Below are positions 35,401 through 47,400 of a DNA stretch of 64,000 nucleotides, piece after piece. Position 1 is the first letter of the stretch, and each line of letters starts with the position of its first letter. Below the pieces are notes generated by a model. That model was not told where the DNA came from and made no database searches. It worked only from the letters and a program-made list of their open reading frames with translations. Source of the DNA: Mobula hypostoma (taxonomy: Eukaryota); contig NC_086097.1 in the NCBI RefSeq assembly GCF_963921235.1, positions 125,862,001-125,926,000 on the forward strand, given 5' to 3'. The position numbers were made by a program, and so were the translations under genes.

Positions 35401-38400
35401 TAGAATCTTAAAATCCTAGAGCCCTTGAGGATTATAAAGAAGCCAGAAAACAAGGGAATTAGGAAAGCCAGGAGAGGCCATGATAAAGCCTTGGCAAATA
35501 GGATTAAAGAGAATCCCAAAGCATTCTATACATACGTCAAAAGCAAGAAGGTAACTAGGGAGAGAGCAGGGCCACTCAAGGATGATGGTGGGGAGATCAT
35601 TTGCTTGAAAGCAGAGGATATGGGTGAGGTTTTTAATGAGTACTTTATATCAGTATTTATCAAAGGGAAGGACATGAAGGATAGGGAGATCAGTGCCAAG
35701 TGTATTAATATGCTATGGCATTTCAAAGTAGATCAAGGTGGATAGGTTCCCAGGGTCTGATGGGACATACCCCAGGTCACTAAGAGGGGCAAGAGAAAAG
35801 ATTGCTGGGCCTTGACTAATAGCTTTGTGTCCTCTCTTGCCACAGGTGGGGGCTGGCAAGTAGCTAATATTATTCCACTATTCACGTAGGGAACAAAGGA
35901 TAAATCCTGGAAACCACAGACCCGTGAGTTTCACATCAATGTCAGTAAGTTACTGCAGAGAATTAGGGTAAGATTTATCAGCATTTAGAGAGCCATGGCC
36001 TAACTAGTGAGAGTGAGCATAGCTTTTGTGTGGAGCAAGTCAATCTTATTAACTGGATTGAGTTTATTGACAAGTGTGATTGAAGAAGGTAGAGATGTGG
36101 ATGTTGTTTGCATGGATTTTAATAAAGTGCTTGACAAGGTCCCTCAAGGGAAGCTCATCAAGAGGATTAAGATGCATGGTATCCATGGTGAATAAGCTGT
36201 ATGGATTCAGAACTGGCTCGCCAATAGAAAACAGAGGGTCGTGGTCCAAGGGACTCATTTGAGCTGGAGGTCTGGAATTAGTGGTGCTCCGCAGAGGTGT
36301 GTGCTGGGAGCTCTGCTGTTGTGATGTATACAAATTGCCTGAATGAAAATGTAGGTGGGTGGGTTAGCAAGTTCGCAGATAATACCAAGATTAGTGTTGT
36401 GGATAGTGTAGAGTACTGGCAAAGAATGGAAGTAGGATTTAGATCATTTGCAGATATGGGCAGAGAAATGGCAGACTGAGTTTAACCCAGTCAAATGTGA
36501 AGTGTTGCACCTTGGCAGGCCAAATGTAAAGAGACGGTACACTGCTAAGGTCAAGGAATCTTTGAGTCCAAGTTCATAGCTCCCTGAAAGTGGCTACATA
36601 GTTTGATAGAGTGGTTAAGGTGGCATATGATATGCTTCCCTTTATTAGTCAAGGCATTGAGTTCACAACTCAGGGAGTTATATTGCAGCTTTATAAAACA
36701 GTTTTATTTAGCGACACAGCATGAGGCAGGCCCTTCCAGCTCTTCACCCCAGCAACCCAAAAACCCTAATTAACCCGAGACTCATCACAGGGCAATTTAT
36801 AATCACCAATTAACCTACCTCATACACCTTTGGATTGTTGGAGGAAACCAGAACACCCAGGGAAAGCCTATGCATTCCACAGGGAGGACATACAGAGATT
36901 GCTTACGGAACAGCGCTAGAATTCAACTCTGAACTTCAAAATGCTGAGCTATGATAGTGCCATGCTAACTGCTACACTACCATGTTACCCCATTATAGGA
37001 AGGATGCCGAGGCTTTGAAGGGGGTGCAGAAGAGATTTACCAGGATGTGGCCTGGATTCGAGGTCATGTACTATATAACTAGAGGTTGGACAAACTTGGG
37101 TTGTTTTCTCTGCAGCAGCGAATGCTGAGGGGAGATCTGATAGATGTTTATAAGATTATGAGAGGCACGGACAGAGTACGAAGACAGCATCTTTTTTCCA
37201 GGGTTGAAATTTCTTATACCAGAGGGCATGCATTTAAGGCGAGTTTAGGTGGGGGGGGGTTGGGGGAGAGATAATTTGAAACCAGGGGCAAGGTTTATTT
37301 AAACACAGAGAGGTGGGTGCCTGGAATGCACTGCATTGAATGGTGGCAGAGGCAGATACATTAGAGACTTTTAAGAGACATTTAGATAATCACATGAAAG
37401 TGGAAGAATGTGGATATTATATAGGCAGAGGACATTAGTTAGGTTGTCCATTTGATTACTAATTGGATCGGCACAATACTGTAGGCCAAAGGGCCTGTTC
37501 CTGTGCTGCACTGAAATAGACCATTTCAACTAATTGGAAGATTTATAAACACAATAGTCCCTTTGCAATGTTATTTATCTAAACTTCAAAAATATAGACA
37601 CAGAAAATGTTAATCCTTGGAAAGAGTATTCAGTTCAGATGCAAGAGATGCATAATAGATAACCCCTGTGTGAAAAAACATTGTGAATCACTTTAGGATC
37701 AAGTTTCCCTTTGTCAGCATGAGTAAATAATCAGCCAAGACTCCACATTAGAAGTGTTTTTGCATAAAAGAGTTAATGATTGTTGAAAAGGCACATTCCC
37801 CAATACTGACCAATTATAAAAGCACAACCCTCTGTTAGAAGATAATCAAAAGGTATTCAGATAATCAGAAACATCAGCCTACTGGCAAGCTCGCTGATAT
37901 GTGTCATTGGTTCAAAAAAATCCTCAGATAATATTTCTATGAATGTATTTTAATTGATTAAAAACAGCTTGCTGTGGGAGGACTGAAATAACTGTTCAAA
38001 TGTAAATGACCAGCCAACAGTACAGAATTTGTCTCGCTGGGAAGTCTTGCTAAAAAGGTGGGAAACATTATTCAGCAGATAAATTCAGATAAATTTATAA
38101 AAGATAAATTCAGCAGAGGTTAGGATACAAATTAGAATAGGCAATGGGAGACTGGGATTTTTTATGAAATGTATTTCAATTTTCACAGCTGTGGCTAAAA
38201 GAGAAAAATGGTCCTCTTGGTTTTGTCAATTTAACAGCAGTTAGATGGGATTCTGCAAGTTTACTGCATTATGGTCTGTTTGAACTCCTGGAGACCACCA
38301 AATCTGGAAAGAAAACCTCCCTAAAGGAACAAATCAGATTTTTTTTTGCTTGCTCTGAGCAAAATGAGCAAAAAGATATTTCTTGGCTGATTAGATGAAG

Positions 38401-41400
38401 GCAGGTACAACTTCACAGAGTAGCAATTAGGTTTCAAACAACTTTTTCTAAAAACAATAAATAACGTGCTGCATTGAGTTTTTCCCCGCAGACCATGCAG
38501 TTACAAATACTTCTTCATTAGAAAGAAAAAGGCAAAGTAAACAGTTTTGATCAATTTTGTTGGACATTTTACAGGTGAAGTCTAATTTATCCAGTGCCAA
38601 CTTCTACAAATGTAAAACCTTTTTTACATGAATGACAAATGCACAATTTGGCACACAAACAGCCTTTAGGATGCTGGATAATCCATCTGCATATCTGTAA
38701 ATTGACAAGGAACACTTGGAACAGTCCTGCCAGGAAAGCTGGAGAGCGGAATCACTAGCTGTTCTCCACTACCCTCTCTAAAAAGTCTGATATGTTTTTC
38801 TACCTTATATAACTATATAACAATCTTTTTTCGGTTGCGAGGCACTTTGAAAGTTCTGATGCAGTGAAAAGTATTTCACTAATTTCCTTTAGTGAGCAAA
38901 TGAACAGAGACATGATCATTAAAGGGTGGCTTGTGAGGAATGGTAAGAGTTCAAGAGCAAGAAATCTCAAAAGGATATCGAAGGAAATGAGCTGGGAAAT
39001 TAGAATTCCTTCATAATTTGCATCACCCTTAGTGAGATTTCACCAACTTCACCACCCCTCCACTTTCAGCATTTTGAAGGGACTGCTCCCTAATCAATTT
39101 CCTGGTCTACTTTTCCATCAACCACTCCTCAAAGCATTTTCCATTGCAACTGCTGAAGATGCAACATCTGTCCTTTTACCTTTCCCCTTCCCACCATGCA
39201 AGTAGATAAACAGTCTTTCTAGGTGTAGCACCAATTCCTGTGATCTCCTCCACATTAGATAAACCAAGCACAGATTTATGTGCCCGTCTTGCAGAGTACC
39301 TGCATTCAGTCCGCAGTGTTGACCTTGAACTTCTTGTTGCCTGCCACTTCAATTCTCCATCCCAGTCCCACTCTGATCTCTCTGTATGTGGCCTCCTGCA
39401 ATGTTATAATGAGGCCCAATGTAAGCTTGAGGAACAGCACCTCGTGTTCTGTCTGGGCAAGTTATAACCTTTCAGACTCAGCATTGAATTCAACAACTTC
39501 AGGCAACTGGTGTGCTCTGCATCAGAACTGACCAGAGCACCCATCGTATTGGCACAGTTTTTCCTCTCCATTAGCACAGCATGCTGGGCATATCCTACAG
39601 TTCTGCATTTTGCAAATGTATCACTCTCACATGCTTTCCACTCTTTAACAGCCCTCAATTTTAACAATTTTGTTCCTTTGTTCAGTTCCTTTAAATGTCC
39701 CCATTGATTGGATAATCTCATTTATGTTATAGACCAGGGGTGGCCAACCTTTCACATTCCATGCGTCAATTTTTTTTATGAGTTCAGATGCGTCATACAA
39801 CTCTTGTACCCCCATTCAATTCTTGTAAAAACATGTTAATATAGAACTCGTGTGTGAAAAAAAAATCGCATCTGAATTTGTGCGTGAAAAAATTGACGCA
39901 CGTAATGTAAAGGTTGGCCACCCCTGTTATAGACTTATAGGAATCCTAACTTCACACTACCAGAAATATATTAAAAAGTTTGTTCTGTCAATTTCTGACA
40001 TTGACTCTCTGCAATTTGACTTAAAATATTAACTAATTTTCTTTCAATAGATGCTGTCTGATCTGCTGAATGTTTGCAGTATTTCTTAAATATGTTAACC
40101 TGGGATGTTTCTCTCAAAAGCCAAGTTTAAAATTGAGAGCAACCATCTTTTCCATACAGAATGGCAAACTTTCAGACATGGAAGTCAAAAATCAGAGAGA
40201 TAAATTAAATGGTAAAATAGATTGGGAAAATTGCAGAACAGATTTATGCCAAAAGATCCTTCTAATCTTCTATTCTCTTGAAGCTCATGCTGACTGCAGA
40301 CGGAAGATTAACATGTATTCATCTTAGTTTTAACTTGTGCTTTAGAAATGTACCTGGCAACCACAGAAACCATGGAGCAAAATATTTTATTTGGATCTAT
40401 AGAGCCTCATTCAAGGTATTTTAATGTAGACTGCAATATTGATATTCCAATGATTTGGAACAGTTCATTTCTGATCAGGTTATTTCCATACACACATCCA
40501 TACTTTTATTGACCAGGCAAGATACTAGCAATATAGAGTGTAAACAAATAAACATAATTTCTGGAATTTGGCTCAAAACACTTAGATTCACATTTCATGA
40601 TGTGAATATATCAGGATACATATTCTTACCACAATCTCAATATTTCACAGATAATTGAAATTAATGTTGAATTAGAAATATCAATTAGTACAATCTGCAT
40701 CAGTACTCCATACAACGGAGCTTTCAATTTTCTCAACACCAAGACAAACCCTTCCTATTCATGCTTCACCGATTCCATACATAGATGAGAATGACTTTCT
40801 TAATCAGAATAAAATGAAATATGCTCAGCAGTTATTTAATATTACATAATTTTGGAATTACCAGGTAAGTACTTTCTGGGCAAATTTGATGTTTAATAAT
40901 GGCTCTTCTGTCATTACGAAAATAATGAACAAGAACTCATTCCATTAAGACTAATGAGTAAAGCATTAATCAAATTGAAAAAGTGTATTATTAACAGAGT
41001 TACAGTCATTAGTGAAAACAAGGAAACAAAGGGGAAAATTAAACCACATTTTCTAAATTCAGAATTTGCAATCATTTAGAAGCTCAAAATAGCTGAAAGA
41101 TAAAAATTTTTGAGTTTAACCAATTATGAAAACGTACAAAAATTACTCCTGTACCAGTGTTTTGGGAAGATCATTACATGTTTCATATAAACTACTTTTC
41201 CCCCAAATGCTTTGGGCTATCGCTTAAGCAGAATTCAGTGTCACAATGAAAAAGCCAGTTCGCTAATGGTTAATATACTGTCAATATACAAATATTTATA
41301 AATGCATTCAATACTTACCACCAAAAGAGGCCATTTTCCAGCTGGACACATGTATACAGGGCACAACAATACAAAGATACAATCTTTTCTCCTTGCAGCT

Positions 41401-44400
41401 CAGGAAAAATCTGGGCACTGTGCTCCAGTTTAGAAGCTACAGAACATAATGTTTCATCAACCCAAGTGGCAACCTAAAGACAAAAGGTGAAGGATAAACT
41501 ACAATCACAGATAAACAAATAACCAATTCCCTACAAACACAAGAGATTCTACAGACGCTGGAAATCCAGAAATAACAAGATGCTGTGGGAACTCAGCAAG
41601 ATAGGCAGCATCTATGAAGGGAAAAAATATGTTGGGCCGATATCTTGATGAAAGGTCCTAATGAAGCATTGCAGGCCAAAACATCGACTGTTTATTCCCT
41701 TTCACGGATACTGCTTGACCCAGGTTCCTCCAGCATCTTGTGTGTTATTCAGTTTCTCAGCTCCGATTTAAAGAACCATACAATTTCTAAAATTACAACA
41801 CAAGTTATTTATTGCGAAGTATCAGAGCACAATTCATATGAATGGTCAACCCCTCATTAAGTTTGTGACTTCTAATTCTAGACAACTCAATCAAGGAAAA
41901 CATCACTTCAGAACTTCCCCTATCAAGTCCCATATAAATTTTCAAATGACCAACCCTCATATCCTGATGAGTTCAAAAGATATACTCTCTCCTTTTCAAG
42001 GATATCCTTCCTTTTACAGATACAGTAAATCAGATCTGCTGAGAACCTGCCAGATGTGGTTTCATAATTGACACTACACCTGTTAAACTCAACTTCACAT
42101 TTCATTTTGCTTTCATAACTGTTTACTGAAGCTGCATGTTAATTTTTAGTGATTTGTGTACGACAGTAGCTAGATTTCTTTTAAATACTATTCCTCAATT
42201 TCAAGGTTGCATATGTATACATGCAATAAATTTATATTGACTTTCATCACTATTAAAGAAATACTCCCATGTCTATTCACTTAATCGATCTATACTCCCC
42301 CTTGAAATCTCTCTGCATGCTTCTCACATCTCACCACCCTGTAGCAACAGGGAATGAGGGTCTATTCCATAATCTTTAAAAACTTCCATGCAGTCTAGTT
42401 AAATATGACATTAATAGTTGACATCATTCAAATACAACCTGTACAATCATCTCATTTGAAGATCTGATTAGTCAGCACATCATGCTGTGAGAGGAAGTGG
42501 TGGATGAGAGTTTAATTTCAACATTTAAAAGATATTTGGATATCTACATGGATAGAAGAGATATGCAGGGCTACGGTTCAGGTACAGGTCAATGGGATTA
42601 GGCAGAATGACAATTCACCATGGACTGGATGGGCCAATACGCCTGTTCCTATTCTGTAGTGCTCTATGACTCCAATATCTTATAAAAGTAAAACCCACAT
42701 TGCAGCACCTTAATCCAAAGCTTTGCCGATATACTGCATAGAATAAATAGGCACAAGGGAAGAATTTTGGGTAAGGCAAGTAAAAGAGGTAGCTCAGTTC
42801 AAAATTTTTCAATTATACTTACTTTGCTATTCTCTGTAGTGACTGTGGCTCTAATGCTATTGGCAGCCAGAAGGACAATTTTTTCATTTGTTAAACTTAA
42901 CTGCGTAGTCCGAGGATGGTGCACTGAAGGATTCTTTGGGGAATGAAGATGTAACAATTCAGTTAACATGAACATTGATATTCAATTAGCTAAGTATGAA
43001 AGCTAAAACAAAAAATAATTTTAATTTCATACCTGTGTATTTCTATATGGTTCAGATTCATTCCATTTCCACTGATATAATTCACCTTTACTGCTTACAG
43101 CCACCAGTTCAGAATACAAGGCTCCAATAGCTACAAATTTAGTACCATCCTGGGGAAGAAAGTTCAGTCATTTATAACAGCTCTTCTATTTTCATTGAAA
43201 AAATTACATAATCTGATCCAAATGACAATCATACTTTATTCTGTACTTAAAGGATTAATTCTGATCCACAGAAAGACACAGTGGATGAAGAATTTCACCA
43301 GTAAAATATTTAAGCCTTTTGTAGAGGTAAAGTAGAAATAAAAAGAATTGCCATTGCCAAAACCAACTTCCAAGAAATGAAACCCATTTTTACCAACAGG
43401 TGTGAATTGGGATCATGTTTTAGCAGGGAATTGTACTATGGACATGTGGTCGATGTTCAGCGATCTCTTGCAGGATGTTAGGGATAAATTTGTCCCGGTG
43501 AGGAAGATAAAGAATGGTAGGGTGAAGGAACCATGGGTGACAAGTGAGGTGGAAAATCTATCAGGTGGAAGAAGGCAGCATATATGAGGTTGAGGAAGCA
43601 AGGATCAGATGAGTCTATTGAGGAATATAGGGTAGCAAGAAAGGAGCTTAAGAAGGGGCTGAGGAGAGCAAGAAGGGGGCATGAGAAGGCCTTGGCGAGT
43701 AAGGTAAAGGAAAACCCCAAGGCATTCTTCAATTATGTGAAGAACAAAAGGATGACAGGAGTGAAGGTAGGACCGATTAGAGATAAAAGTGGGAAGATGT
43801 GGAAGTGAGCGAGGTCCTCAATGAATACTTCTCTTCGGTATTCACCAATGAGAGGGAACTTGATGACGGTGAGGACAATATGAGTGAGATTGATGTTCTG
43901 GAGCACGTTGATATTAGGGGAGAGGTGGTGTTGGAGTTATTAAAATACATTAGGACAGATAAGTCCCCAGGGCCTGACGGAATATTCCCCAAGCTGTTCC
44001 ACGAGGCGAGGGAAGAGATTGCTGAGCCTCTGGCTAGGATCTTTATGTTCTCATTGTCCACGGGAATGGTACCGGAGGATTGGAGGGAGGCGAATGTTGT
44101 CCCCTTGTTCAAAAAAGGTAGTAGGGATAGTCCGGGTAATTATAGACCAGTGAGCCTTACATCTGTGGTGGGAAAGCTGTTGGAAAAGATTCTTAGAGAT
44201 AGGATCTATGGGCATTTAGAGAATCATGGTCTGATCAGGGACAGTCAGCATGGCTTTGTGAAGGGCAGATCGCGTCTAACAAGCCTGATAGACTTATTTG
44301 AGGTGGTGACCAGACATATAGATGAGGGTAGTGAAGTGGATGTGATCCATATGGATTTTAGTAAGGCATTTGACAAGGTTCCACACAGTAAGCTTATTCA

Positions 44401-47400
44401 GAAAGTCAAAAAGCATGGGATCCAGGGAAGGTTGGCCAGGTGGATTCAGAATTGACTTGCCTGCAGAAGGCAGAGGGTCGTGGTGGAGGGAGTACATTCG
44501 GATTGGAGGGTTGTGACTAGTGGTGTCCCACAAGGATCGGTTCTGGGACCTCTACTTTTCGTGATTTTTATTAACGACCTGGATGTGGGGTTAGAAGGGT
44601 GGGCTGGCAAGTTTGCAGACAACACAAAGGTGGGTTGTGTTGTGGAGAGTGTAGAGGATTGTCGAAGATTGCAGAAAGACATTGATAGGATGCAGAAGTG
44701 GGCTGAGAAGTGGCAGATGGAGTTCAACCCGAAGAAGTGTGAGGTGGTGCACTTTGGAAGGACAAACTCCAAGGCAGAGTACAAAGTAAATGGCAGGATA
44801 CTTGGTAGTGTGGAGGAGCAGAAGGATCTGGGGGTACATGTCCACAGATCCCTGAAAGTTGTCTCACAGGTAGATAGGGTACTTAACAAAGCTTATAGGC
44901 CTCACAGGTAGATAGGGTAGCTAAGAAAGCTTATAGTACTGTGTCCAGTTATGGTCGCCTCACTGTAAGAAGAATGTGGAAGCACTGGAAAGGGTACAGA
45001 GGAGATTTACCAGGATGCTGCCTGGTTTAGAGAATATGCATTATGATCAGAGATTAAGGGAGCTAGGGCTTTACTCTTTGGAGAGGAGGATGATGAGAGG
45101 AGACATGATAGAGGTATACAAGATATTAAGAGGAATAGATAGAGTGGATAGCCAGCGCCTCCTCCTCAGGGCACCACTGCTCAATACAAGGGGCCATGGC
45201 TTTAAGGTAAGGAGTGGGAAGTTCAAGGGGGATATTAGAGGAAGGTTTTTTACTCAGGGAGTGGTTGGTGCGTGGAATACATACCTGAGTCAGTGGTGGA
45301 GGCAGATACACTAGTGAAATTTAAGAGACTTCTAGACAGGTTATGGAGAAATTTAAGGTGGGGGCTTATATGGGAGGCAGGATTTGAGGGTCGGCACAAC
45401 AATGTGGGCCGAAGGGCCTGTACTGTGCTGTACTATTCTATGTTCTATATTACACATTTCTATGACAACAAAGCTTAAGCTACTAAAATGTTACATCTGG
45501 TCAATCTTGCTGTATGCTTCCGAAACATGGACTATAACACTAGAACTGCAAAGAAACTTAGAAGCAACAGAAATGTGGTTTCTTAGAAGAATGCTGAAAA
45601 TATCATATAAAGATAGGGTAACTAATGAGACAGTACTCCAACATGCCCATACAAAAAGATCTTTAATGAGAACATTAAATGAGAGGCACCTTAAAGTTCC
45701 TGGGTCATGTCATCAGGAAGGGAGAAATAGAATGCCTTGCATTACAAGGCCATATGCCTGGGAAATGCGAAAGAGGAAGGCAAAGAAGAAAATATATGGA
45801 CACTGTGAAAGAGCTAACAGGTCTAAGTGTGCGAGATATGTGAGACGCTGCAAGGGATCGTTCGATGTGGAATGCCATGATCGCCCAAGCGCATAACACG
45901 CAAGGCACATGAAGAACCAACAGCCGACAATTTTAATGTGACTGGTTTAACAAAACCAATCCAGTTTCATATGCCCTTTATCAGTCTTTCTGAGATTTAA
46001 ATTGAATCAGGGTTGTAGCAAAAAGATGGTTCTTGGCTTTTTCTACTTCTCAAACTCTTGCATAGCTCCAAAAACATTAAATTGTTAAATTTCCCATTCC
46101 TAATGACTGATAGTTGCTGTTTCATTAAAATATGACATTTGCTCATTCATTCGTATTTAACTAATTTTCACACAAGTGTGATCACAAACTTTACCATTCT
46201 AGTACTTGGAATCAAATTAATATAAAATATTTATAAGAAAAACCATTTAGTTTTAGCCAGTGATTTCAGCTGCATAGTACGATTTAGGTACAATTATAAA
46301 ACTTATTTTAATTGAGTTTGAGTTCCACTAAAAAGAGCCTTTTATTGCTTCAGGTTTTCATTAAATGCACGGTTCTTAAAAGCAATGTATACAGCAAGAC
46401 TATTTAAACTAGAAATTGAATGCCCATCAATTAAGTTCCATTCATGCATGTTCAATTTCCCTTGACTAAACAATGGCAGTGTCTTAATTTTTGCCAAATG
46501 GCCAGCTTTGTTATAACCTAGCAAACACAAGATAATAGAATAATGTGTTTAATAAAAAAACTTAAGTTTAGTTCCATTCAGGGGTCAATGTTGCAGCAAT
46601 TATTACTCTTATGGCCAGAATAGTGTTTACAAGAGCAATAACTGTTAATGAACCAGAATGTCACCACTAAAATCGAGTACTTCAATTTAATTAACCAATG
46701 CAAAATTACTCACCCGATCAGGCCACCACTGCAATTCCTCTCCCAAGGAGACAGGGCTTTGGATGGGAAGGCTTTTCTTATCCAAGTTCGATTCACCTTC
46801 ACGGCTTGTGGAGCCTCTTTCATTATCAAATGAAGAACCATCAAGCCACCTCCTTTCACGTAAACGTAAAACTGATTCACGTTCACGCAACAGATCGGAG
46901 TCTCTCTCTAAGGGAAGAAGGAGAACTGGTATGCAATAGGGTCACACCAGTGGAATAAAAATAAGCCAATCTCTAGGAAAACCCTCCACAGAACAATAGC
47001 AGTGTTACACACAAGACCTGTGGATAACAACTCTGCACCAAGCCAAATCACACATGCCAAAACTGACAACTGAAAATAAAAAGACTGATTCCCAATGTCA
47101 TATCTTGGATTATTCATATAGCTTAAAAAAAATGAACTAAGGTAAACAATTCCCAGGGGATAAATTCTTACCTACCCCAGACATCTCCACTCATGTAACC
47201 ACAGTGAACAGGGACACAAAATTGGAAAAGCAGCCCTAAAGACCAGTCAGGCAACACAGTAATGTAGAATCAAAACCGCCAAAAATTAAGAGGCAATGGA
47301 TTTGTAGCATGCAGAGAGCAGTTGCTTTGGGGCTCCTCAAAATTAACTTCTGACATTATAAAATCCTAAAATATCTTGTTAAACATGGAAATGAAAACTA

